Made by a program: the position numbers and the translations under genes. The notes under the pieces were generated by a model. The model made no database searches. It saw only the letters and a list, made by a program, of their open reading frames with translations, and had not been told where the DNA came from. 64,000 nt of DNA from Bacillota bacterium (GTDB taxonomy: Bacteria > Bacillota > DTU065): assembly GCA_036721855.1 (NCBI GenBank), contig DAIMKF010000002.1:16391-80390 (forward strand), in the 5' to 3' direction. Positions 9,160-17,171 of the stretch are shown in pieces. Positions within the stretch are counted from its first letter, which is position 1; each line of letters begins with the position of its first letter.

Positions 9160-9927
9160 TTAATGCGCCCGTACAAAAAGGGTAAGCAATGAAGGGATGT
9201 GCATATTGCTTCCTTCAATTCGGTATCCAATACTACCATCATCTAACCGCTTGTGATGAATCGGCATATGTTTAAATGCTTCATGTTCAACTTTTTCATC
9301 AAGACCAGCTTTATCGACAATTTCTTCTATACCGACAAACAAATCAAAATCCCATCTTGTCAGCTCATACAGTGCAAAAAAAACCGTTAACCTGTCAACA
9401 TCGGCATACTTTTGTACTTCGCTCCAAAGGTTAAGAATATCCTCCGGCAACAAATTCTGCTGGATCTTTTGATTTGAGAGGAATATCATCCCCTGCTTTG
9501 CTACTGTAACACCTTCCGGTTCACTACAAATAGATGTCCCCCAGGTTCCTGGGTTAAGGGCTTTATTAGTATCCCAAGGTAAATAAGCCTTGTAGCCTTT
9601 GGAAACAACGCCTTCATGCAAATAAAGAGCGATTTCACAAGCCAGCGAGAAGCATTCATCTACAGGGGTTTCATGGAATAATCCCTTAATGTCTTTAACA
9701 ATTTCCTCACAATCACCCGCCTTTTTTCGGCCAAAAAGCGTATCCATACTAACCCCGAAATAATCTGCGATGTCAGGCAGTATGGCAGTATCCGGGAAGC
9801 AAGCCCCGTTTTCCCATTTGGATACCGCTTGGTTGGTTATACCAAAAATCTCTGCTAGTTCTTCTTGTGTTAGGCCTTTTTCCTTGCGAAGATTTTGCAA
9901 TTGCTTATGAATGTTGATATTTGACAT
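9160..9927 (-). CDS. XRE-family HTH transcriptional regulator with an uncharacterised C-terminal domain
   Basis: The N-terminus KGLTQEELAEIFGITNQAVSKWENG is a classic Cro/C1 HTH. GGAGG SD is present. It lies in the higher-GC patch. Confidence 0.75.
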   Translation of the reverse strand: MSNINIHKQLQNLRKEKGLTQEELAEIFGITNQAVSKWENGACFPDTAILPDIADYFGVSMDTLFGRKKAGDCEEIVKDIKGLFHETPVDECFSLACEIALYLHEGVVSKGYKAYLPWDTNKALNPGTWGTSICSEPEGVTVAKQGMIFLSNQKIQQNLLPEDILNLWSEVQKYADVDRLTVFFALYELTRWDFDLFVGIEEIVDKAGLDEKVEHEAFKHMPIHHKRLDDGSIGYRIEGSNMHIPSLLTLFVRAH

Positions 9928-10273
9928 ATGATTTTTCCTCCTTTTTTTGCTTTGCGTCGTCTTTTTTTAGCTTTAAGGAAATTATAAAACGAATTTGGAG
10001 ACAAAACCATATATCGTTGTTTGGATACTATCAAACACATTCCAACTAAAGGTTGGAAAACTATAATAGCATTTTGCCTTAGCACAAACAAAACGGATGT
10101 CCTTCTAAAGAGGGCATCGTATCCCGATACTTCTTTCCATTCTAGGTGGGGTAGCCGTAAACTTCACACGCTTCTTATCGGTGAGTGCGACGTCAAAGTC
10201 GTGCGTACTTTGAAGCGATGTGCAATCGACGGAAATACCCTGATGGTAATGGTATTAGTAATTCAAAACCTCC

Positions 10274-10924
10274 TCAATACTCGCCCATATCACGGAGTTT
10301 TTTCAAAACTGCGACATAATCATGTGATTTGCCGTTGTAGGTTTCGGGGTTTATAGGATAATGCACGTTGTAAAGATAACCGCTTGCACCGTATCGGCCC
10401 TGCACCGATTCATCCAAATGCGTTTCATCCATGCAGATATTCGTAACTTCAAGGCACATCAAAACGTGGCTACTACCTTCAATAATCTCGCGCTCCCATA
10501 AATAACGGCACTCAAGAATAAGAAAACACTCTTTTATGCGTGGTGCGTTTACTGTAGTTGCGGATTCTACTGTTAAGCCAGAAGTGGTGATTTCGTCCGC
10601 TTCCCACTGGTTGTTGTCGATGGTGTCTAAGCAACGGTCGTAAACATCGGCGGATGGAAAATTCAGCACGCAAACGCCGGTATCCTTAACGGTTTTATAC
10701 ATGTGCCCCGCTTTGTTAACACTTGATAGAATAGCATAAAAGCCTTTTTCACTGCCGTTAAAGCAAGCCCACGATTGCAAACAGGCATTGGGCTTGCCGT
10801 TAGCTTTGAAAGACGTAACTACAAATAGCGGCGCTGGAATCGCCGTCACAAAATCCATCCACGAAAAGCCGTAGGTTTGCATATTCGCCATTGACGGTGG
10901 TATGGTGGAATACTCTTTTTTCAT
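10274..10924 (-). CDS. Flavin reductase-like (FMN-binding split-barrel) domain protein
   Basis: 216 aa. Its ATGA overlaps the upstream gene's stop. The sequence pattern (PAPLFVVTS...GKPN...) resembles flavin reductase-like domains as far as I recall them. Confidence 0.5.
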   Translation of the reverse strand: MKKEYSTIPPSMANMQTYGFSWMDFVTAIPAPLFVVTSFKANGKPNACLQSWACFNGSEKGFYAILSSVNKAGHMYKTVKDTGVCVLNFPSADVYDRCLDTIDNNQWEADEITTSGLTVESATTVNAPRIKECFLILECRYLWEREIIEGSSHVLMCLEVTNICMDETHLDESVQGRYGASGYLYNVHYPINPETYNGKSHDYVAVLKKLRDMGEY

Positions 10925-11172
10925 GATTTCTCCACCAACACTCGCAGATTATCAATGCGCTCTGTACCTTCGTTTGCAGCCCATTCTTGTAACATTTCAC
11001 ACGGGAATTCTCCACATTTTCCGCAATGGGAGTGTCCTTTGTCGGAAGCGCAAGTGTATAAATCGCACTTGCCCCAGAAGGGATTTCCTTTTTGTGCATG
11101 ACAACCTGGGCAGTTTTGTTCAACTGTGAATTTACAAGCAACGCAATCAAGGCCGCAACTAGACAGGTTCAT
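10921..11172 (-). CDS. DUF3795-like cysteine-rich protein
   Basis: Start reassigned to MNLSSCGLDCVACKF... (ATG 11172), which overlaps the upstream stop as ATGA. Multiple CxxC/CGxC motifs are present (CPGCHAQ, CGKCGEFPC). Confidence 0.55.
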   Translation of the reverse strand: MNLSSCGLDCVACKFTVEQNCPGCHAQKGNPFWGKCDLYTCASDKGHSHCGKCGEFPCEMLQEWAANEGTERIDNLRVLVEKS

Positions 11173-12203
11173 CACAATTCCTCCCCTAAATACCGTTTCG
11201 GTGGCTGACACCATGAGCAGATGGCTTGAACCGCTGCTATAATTTCATCTTTCCTTGCAGCTGCTTCATCGGCGGGCAAATCAAGCATCACATCCTCCAA
11301 CTCTGGCGTGTAGCGGAATTTGCCTACAACCGCACCTTTAAATTCACCGTCAATCAGTAGGTAATACAGCGTATCGGGATATGCATGTTGGTACTTCTCT
11401 TTCAAAATATGCTCGTGTGCTTTGACCAGAAAGTCATTGCGGTGCATGGCGTATACGGACTTTGGCAGTTCGGCAGTGTAGTCTTTCATCAATTCTGTGT
11501 CGGGTTGCAGGATATACCCGCCGCCTAACTCCACCAAAACACCCTCGTCAACCAGTGCAGTCACCGCCGCTTTAATATCCTTGATGGGCAGCTTAAAATA
11601 GGATCTGGCCATATCTAAGTCAAACCACACCAGCCGGAAGGAAAACCGCTGCAGCAAGATCTTCAGCGCACAGCTGCGGGAATACCGGTTCAAATCCACG
11701 TCTGGGAACATCTCGTCAAAACGGTACCAGCCCCGGTCATCTTGCCCTTCGTTCTGGTCTTCGTAAATTAAAAACGCCTCCTGCAAACGGTGGAGCGCGG
11801 GTGTGATCTCCTTGACTAACATCCCGGTGGATTCTTTCATCTGCTGGATGTTCATTGGTCCCTCACGCTCAATTAGTTCCAGTAAAACGGACTGCCGCTC
11901 ACTAGGCTTGCCTAGCGGCTTGGTGTAGGCGCAGGCAAACAGCTCCAAATCCTCCGCCATAATCCAGCCAATATTTCCGCCCATCAGCCTCACCTTAACA
12001 AGTGAGCGCCCGGCTTGCCGCTTGCGGTTGTACTCCATGTCGTTGAAATTAACACGGTAGGTCAGAGTGGGAGGGTCTCCAAAGCCATTCCAATAGACGT
12101 TGTAACCAGGCGACAGATCGCGGTAAAGGCCTCTGTATTCACACTCGCCAGCCAGACAGGTTAGGTGCTGCCGTTTCATCCTCAGAGGAATATATGTACT
12201 CAT
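11172..12203 (-). CDS. Winged-helix domain protein, possibly YcaQ/AlkZ-like (DUF1006) DNA glycosylase family
   Basis: About 343 aa. ATG 12203 lies 9 nt after AAGGAG; the track uses GTG 12209. The N-terminal LRMKRQHL motif and overall size resemble DUF1006 proteins. The assignment is tentative. Confidence 0.4.
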   Translation of the reverse strand: MSTYIPLRMKRQHLTCLAGECEYRGLYRDLSPGYNVYWNGFGDPPTLTYRVNFNDMEYNRKRQAGRSLVKVRLMGGNIGWIMAEDLELFACAYTKPLGKPSERQSVLLELIEREGPMNIQQMKESTGMLVKEITPALHRLQEAFLIYEDQNEGQDDRGWYRFDEMFPDVDLNRYSRSCALKILLQRFSFRLVWFDLDMARSYFKLPIKDIKAAVTALVDEGVLVELGGGYILQPDTELMKDYTAELPKSVYAMHRNDFLVKAHEHILKEKYQHAYPDTLYYLLIDGEFKGAVVGKFRYTPELEDVMLDLPADEAAARKDEIIAAVQAICSWCQPPKRYLGEEL

Positions 12204-12300
12204 CACCACTCACTCCTTCTTAAATAAGCAGTCTTTCAATCTCTTTTTCATTGAAAAATAAAGGAATCCATCGGGTTTACCAGAAAAATCTGTTCAAGGG

Positions 12301-13068
12301 GTGAAGGACATGTCAATATTTTCGGCTTTTTGTCAAAATGAAATTGAACCGCTTTTAAATAAATTTGAGGCTAGGGTTGGTTTGGCTTTGCTTTTTCAAT
12401 CAGAAAGCTACCAATACCATGCCGAAAAAGTCTTTTCAGCTGCCTCTACCATCAAAGTCCCCTTATTAATTACAGGCTTAAAGAAAGATCCCTCTTCTCT
12501 AATTAATTCTCCTTTACCAAAAACCAGTGGTTCTTCGCTGTTGGAATATTTTACCGGTTCACACACATATTCTCTCCATGATCTTCTCTTAGCCATGATC
12601 TCTATCAGTGATAACTCAGCCACGAATGCGGTGATTGATTTTTTAGGCGGAACTGACAAGATAAAACAGGAGTTTTCAGAGTTAGGTCTTGTAAAGACTA
12701 AACTCCAACGAAAAATGATGGATTTTGAAGCTAAAGAAATAGGTTTAGACAATACCGCCACTCCACTAGAGATGGTGACCTTACTTTCTCAGCTTACACC
12801 TAATCATTTAGCTAAAGTACGTTATTATTTAGCTAAACAACTTTTGAGTGAAGGACTAGGTTTTTTCTTAGAAGAAGATGCTGTCGAACACAAAACCGGT
12901 TCCCTCTATACGGTCTTTAATGATGTCGGCCTGATGAAATTAGACCAGCAGTTACTTGTCTATGCTTACTACAGTGAAGAAGTAAATATTGGCGAAAGTA
13001 TTGTTCTTGCGGGTAAGATCGGACAAGCAATTAAAAGGTGGTTTGAAAATGAATATCACTCAAGCTAG
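12301..13068 (+). CDS. Cytoplasmic class-A beta-lactamase-fold serine hydrolase
   Basis: SxxK (STIK), SDN (SISDNSATN) and KTG (HKTGS) motifs are in canonical order. No signal peptide. The start is uncertain (GTG 12301 or ATG 12310). Confidence 0.7.
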   Translation: MKDMSIFSAFCQNEIEPLLNKFEARVGLALLFQSESYQYHAEKVFSAASTIKVPLLITGLKKDPSSLINSPLPKTSGSSLLEYFTGSHTYSLHDLLLAMISISDNSATNAVIDFLGGTDKIKQEFSELGLVKTKLQRKMMDFEAKEIGLDNTATPLEMVTLLSQLTPNHLAKVRYYLAKQLLSEGLGFFLEEDAVEHKTGSLYTVFNDVGLMKLDQQLLVYAYYSEEVNIGESIVLAGKIGQAIKRWFENEYHSS

Positions 13069-14149
13069 AGTCTATTCTCTTAGCGTTCCCAAAAAAACCG
13101 TTTTTAAGGTAGCCTATGCTTCTAGAAATGCGGCTGAAAGCATTATTGTCTGTCTTAAAACTGCTTCAGGTTTAGAAGGCTTTGGTGAAGCAGTTCCGGT
13201 TAAGGAAGTAACCGGAGAAATAAAGGTCGAGGTCTATCAAAAGTTAACGGCTTTCTGTAAAAAGTTAGTGGGTACTGATTTGACTAACTATGAAGAAATT
13301 CTTAATGAGGCAAGCTTGACCTTCTTTAATATGCCGTCCGCTCTGGCCGCACTTGATGCAGCCCTTTGGGATCTAAAAGGTCAGCAATTAAAGAAGCCTC
13401 TTTTTGAGATCTGGGGAAATGCAAAAGAGTTCTGTATTGCAAGCCTTAGTCTAGGTATCTTATCTCTCCCTGAAACCCTTAATGAAACAGCTAAGTATCT
13501 TAACTTAGGCCTTTCACATTTAAAATACAAAATTGGACTTAACCCCGAAGATGACATAAAACGGATAAAAGCCATCAGAGCTGCTTTTCCACAAATAACT
13601 ATCTATCTGGATGCCAATCAGGGGTATAGTGTTAAAGATGCTCTTTGGGTTATCGATAGCTTAAAAGACTGCCAAATCGAATTTATGGAACAACCGGTAG
13701 CTAAAAATGATTTGCCAGGACTTTTAACGGTGGCCAGTCTTTCTCCCTTTCCAATTGTAGCCGACGAGAGTATCCAAGGTCCGGAAAGCTTACTAAAACT
13801 ATTAAACATAGGTCATATTCCTATGATTAATATTAAATTAATGAAATGTGGTGGCCCGACAAATGCACTTAAAATGATGTCCCTAGCCGAAAAAGCCGAT
13901 GTCTCGGTTATGATTGGTTGCATGATTGAAACACGCCTGGGTATAACTACCGGTCTCCATGTGGCACAGTCACAAGATATTGTTCATTATATTGATCTTG
14001 ATGGCTGCTTTGATCTTAAAGTTGATATTGTATCCTCTGGCGGTGCCATCATAAAAGATGGTAAAGAATTTGTAACAAAAGGACCTGGTTTGGGTTTGAA
14101 ATTAAATAAGGAACTTGTCTTATCACTTGCTGATAGTAAAATTACATAG
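13049..14149 (+). CDS. Dipeptide epimerase (L-Ala-D/L-Glu epimerase family, enolase superfamily)
   Basis: Start reassigned to MNITQARVY (ATG 13049, AAAAGGTGG SD). MLE-subgroup motifs are present: KYKIG (KxK), YLDANQGY, MEQP, VADES, NIKLMKCGG. Confidence 0.8.
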   Translation: MNITQARVYSLSVPKKTVFKVAYASRNAAESIIVCLKTASGLEGFGEAVPVKEVTGEIKVEVYQKLTAFCKKLVGTDLTNYEEILNEASLTFFNMPSALAALDAALWDLKGQQLKKPLFEIWGNAKEFCIASLSLGILSLPETLNETAKYLNLGLSHLKYKIGLNPEDDIKRIKAIRAAFPQITIYLDANQGYSVKDALWVIDSLKDCQIEFMEQPVAKNDLPGLLTVASLSPFPIVADESIQGPESLLKLLNIGHIPMINIKLMKCGGPTNALKMMSLAEKADVSVMIGCMIETRLGITTGLHVAQSQDIVHYIDLDGCFDLKVDIVSSGGAIIKDGKEFVTKGPGLGLKLNKELVLSLADSKIT

Positions 14150-14160
14150 GAGGGTTAAAA

Positions 14161-14952
14161 ATGCCTATTTTTAAAGATCCTGTAGTAAAGCTTCTCCAAT
14201 CTCCTGAAGTTGGAGCGGAAACAGTCACCGAAGGCAAGATGGGTGAAAGAGTCGAGATAATGAAAGATCTTGGAACCTTTTGTGAAGTTCGCACCCTCTG
14301 GGATAACTACCCCGGTTTTGTGCAAAGAGAAAAGCTACTGGATTTAGACTGGCAAGTTAAAGCTCCTCTCATAACAGCTTCACTCTCTACTTGTGTCTAT
14401 GAGGAAGGAAGAGTTCAATCAGCTCTGCTTTGCATTCTCCCTTTAGGAATTAAAGTAAAACCATTAAGTGATAGCCTTGATGAGAGATGGATAAAGGTGG
14501 AACTACCTTCTAGAACTACCGGCTTTATCCAAAAAGGAGATCTTGTTTGTGCCAGCAAACTAAGGTTTGATTCTATCCCCCAACTAAGAGCAAGTCTTAT
14601 TGCCTGGGCAATTAAATTTGAAAATGCCGTCCCTTATATCTGGGGTGGTGGTTCATCGTTTGGCACTGATTGCTCTGGTTTTGTCCAGCACCTGTATCGC
14701 TTGCATAATTTACCTTTGGAAAGAGATGCTTCCCAGCAAGGCTTAGGAAGATTCCTAAGCAATATAAAAAGAGCAGAGGTTTTACCAGGTGATTTGCTCT
14801 TTTTCACCAATTTTAGCCATGTTGGTATAGCTCTGTCTCATTTTTCGTTTATACATGCCACAACTGAGCCTCGACCTGTTGTACAAGTATCCCAGATAGA
14901 TGATCCTAACTGGCTAAAAAAAACCATCCAATATAGTCGTTATAAATTTTAA
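14161..14952 (+). CDS. NlpC/P60 gamma-D-glutamyl-L-diamino acid endopeptidase with N-terminal SH3-like domains (YkfC-like)
   Basis: Catalytic Cys motif IWGGGSSFGTDCSGFVQHLY and downstream His (SHVGIAL). No signal peptide. AGGAGGG SD is present. Confidence 0.8.
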   Translation: MPIFKDPVVKLLQSPEVGAETVTEGKMGERVEIMKDLGTFCEVRTLWDNYPGFVQREKLLDLDWQVKAPLITASLSTCVYEEGRVQSALLCILPLGIKVKPLSDSLDERWIKVELPSRTTGFIQKGDLVCASKLRFDSIPQLRASLIAWAIKFENAVPYIWGGGSSFGTDCSGFVQHLYRLHNLPLERDASQQGLGRFLSNIKRAEVLPGDLLFFTNFSHVGIALSHFSFIHATTEPRPVVQVSQIDDPNWLKKTIQYSRYKF

Positions 14953-14979
14953 GGATCTCGTAAAAACGAGATCCTTTTT
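14953..14979 (+). terminator. Rho-independent terminator
   Basis: GGATCTCG-TAAAAA-CGAGATCC followed by TTTTT, starting 1 nt after the stop codon. Confidence 0.8.
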
Positions 14980-15000
14980 CCATCAATAAGCTTTATAAAA

Positions 15001-15756
15001 TTAGTCTTTTGCTTTAGTTCTTGCCCGTAGAAAATAAGCGCCTATTGCACCTAGAACAAAAAGAAGGAATCCGTAAAAACTCCACTTTGGCCACAAAGCC
15101 GGTAGTGACCCTAAGATAAGACCTACAATAAGCCCCATGGTCCTTGTCCTTTGTTTGGTAAGCAAGTAGCTAATAAAACTAGCAAAAATGCCAAATCCCA
15201 AAATGACTCCTATACCAAAGGGCAAAAGAATATAGAGATCAAATACTGTAACAGCATGGATCACCTCATCATAGATACCAAGAAGCACTAATGACATTGC
15301 ACCACTGATTCCGGGAAGGATCATGGCTCCTGTAGAGATGAAGCCTCCCAGAAAATAGAGAGGAAACTGCACTGACTTCCACCTAATGCCTATCTCGATA
15401 TTGGTCATAAAATAAGAAATCAAAAGGCCCAAAATAAGCCAGGTTAAACTTGCTCTGTTATAAACTTGCTCTTTTTTAATTAGAATTAGAGTTGAAATAG
15501 CAATTAAACCCAGCAAAAAACTTAAAACTTCATTTGGATAGGATTCAAACAGATAAGAGGTTAGAAAAGATGTGGAAATAATCCCCACAGCTATACCTGC
15601 TCCGACTGGTAAAAGATATCTCCAGTCCATTTTTTTTATGGCTTGAACAAGATCATCGTAGATGCCTAAAACAAGGGCAATAGTACCACCACTTATCCCC
15701 GGTAAAGTATTAGCCATACCGATGGGCAAGCCCTTTAGAAAATAATTCCCCATCAT
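15001..15756 (-). CDS. DUF368 family membrane protein (family recently linked to undecaprenyl-phosphate translocation)
   Basis: Duplicated PGISGGT / PGISGAM motifs (MANTLPGISGGTIALVLGIYD ... ILPGISGAMSLVLLGIYD) and about 8 TM segments. Confidence 0.8.
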   Translation of the reverse strand: MMGNYFLKGLPIGMANTLPGISGGTIALVLGIYDDLVQAIKKMDWRYLLPVGAGIAVGIISTSFLTSYLFESYPNEVLSFLLGLIAISTLILIKKEQVYNRASLTWLILGLLISYFMTNIEIGIRWKSVQFPLYFLGGFISTGAMILPGISGAMSLVLLGIYDEVIHAVTVFDLYILLPFGIGVILGFGIFASFISYLLTKQRTRTMGLIVGLILGSLPALWPKWSFYGFLLFVLGAIGAYFLRARTKAKD

Positions 15757-15776
15757 TTTCCCCCCCCACGTTATCT

Positions 15777-17150
15777 CTACTGTGCTAACAGATAGATGGC
15801 ATAGGCGTAGATAAGGGTCATTTTCTCTAACGATTCCAGACTTATTCTCTCATTAGCTTTGTGGGCTAGCATGGGTTCTCCGGGAAATTCCGCTCCAAAA
15901 GCAACAGTGTTAGGAATAGCCTTGGCATAAGTTCCTCCTCCGATGGCCATAAGCTTAGGTTCTTCCCCAGTAACTTCCTGATATGCCTTTTGTAGGTTTT
16001 GGATTAGTGGGTGCTTAGCATCTACAAGTAATGGCGCCTTGGTATAATCTCCTCCTACTGAAAGAGCTTTGATTTCTAAGCTATTGGGCAAGTGCTTTTT
16101 AATTTCTGCCATAATCTGTTCTATTGTAATGCCAAAGGGGTAGCGAATATCTACACTGACTCGGCATTCTTTTTCATTAATACGCAGGATACCTGGATTC
16201 CAGGAAAGCTTACCGGCTATCTCGTGCTGGTAGTTTATTTTGAGTGGAGCTCCATCTGAGGTTTGACCGAGCTTGGCAAAAAATTCAACAAGTGGATGCT
16301 TTATGCCAGATGCAAAAAGCCCAATTAGAAGATCTACTATCGCATTGTGGCCGTCTTTGGGAGTCGAACCATGAGCTTCAATTCCTTTAGCCCAGACATA
16401 GTTACCACTATCTACTTTTTGATTTATGGTTTTGGCAACCTCGGTGTGAGTTATACTTTCTAAAGGTTTACTTATTTTTAGTCCTTGAGGTATTCTTGCA
16501 TAAGCTCTGTTGGGGACTACATTGATTCTTTCTCCACCATAGGCCCAAAATTTATCTGTCAGATCTCCGGTGATCTCTAAACGCAAGATCCCCTTTTCAC
16601 TTTGAATAATTGGAAACTGACCATCTGGTGTAAAGCCATAGGTTGGTTTTTCTTCACTGGCAAAATAGGCATTCATACATTTCCAATTAGTTTCTTCGGC
16701 TGTACCAATAATTGTCCGGATGCGTTTTCTAGGCAAAAAACCAAGATTCATCAAAGCTTTTTGCGCATAAAGACAAGCTAGGGTTGGTCCTTTATTATCG
16801 ATGGCACCGCGACCCCACAGATAACCATTTTCCACTTTGCCACTGAACGGATCGCAAGACCAACCGGCCCCTGCGGGTACTACATCGATATGTCCGAGGA
16901 TCCCAAGTATCGTCTCTCCTTCACCCCACTGGGCATGACCGGCTACGTTTTGGATGTTTTTAAAAGTAAAACCCAGGTCCTTAGCCATTTTTTCGACAGC
17001 TCTAAGGGCTTGATAACATCCTTCACCCTGTGGTTTTTCTGCGGACATTGTTAAAGGATCTTCAACACTAGGTATTTCAACTAGATCACTGATACTTTTA
17101 ATTAATTCCGGCATCAGGTCTTTTACTTCAGCTTTCAGTTTGTTAAGCAT
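15777..17150 (-). CDS. pepV: M20-family dipeptidase PepV
   Basis: GHIDVVPAGAGWSCDPF and GRGAIDNKGP motifs; 457 aa, the typical PepV size. Confidence 0.85.
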   Translation of the reverse strand: MLNKLKAEVKDLMPELIKSISDLVEIPSVEDPLTMSAEKPQGEGCYQALRAVEKMAKDLGFTFKNIQNVAGHAQWGEGETILGILGHIDVVPAGAGWSCDPFSGKVENGYLWGRGAIDNKGPTLACLYAQKALMNLGFLPRKRIRTIIGTAEETNWKCMNAYFASEEKPTYGFTPDGQFPIIQSEKGILRLEITGDLTDKFWAYGGERINVVPNRAYARIPQGLKISKPLESITHTEVAKTINQKVDSGNYVWAKGIEAHGSTPKDGHNAIVDLLIGLFASGIKHPLVEFFAKLGQTSDGAPLKINYQHEIAGKLSWNPGILRINEKECRVSVDIRYPFGITIEQIMAEIKKHLPNSLEIKALSVGGDYTKAPLLVDAKHPLIQNLQKAYQEVTGEEPKLMAIGGGTYAKAIPNTVAFGAEFPGEPMLAHKANERISLESLEKMTLIYAYAIYLLAQ

Positions 17151-17171
17151 TTTAATCCCCCCAATTGAAAT

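Noticed and set aside
9870-11150. Track ORFs 9870..10091 (-), 10021..10356 (+), 10800..11150 (-) and 10902..11129 (+) in the higher-GC patch.
   Set aside because: They overlap the supported flavin-reductase-like and DUF3795 genes or lie in apparent debris. None has an SD or a motif. Higher GC inflates the length of random ORFs.
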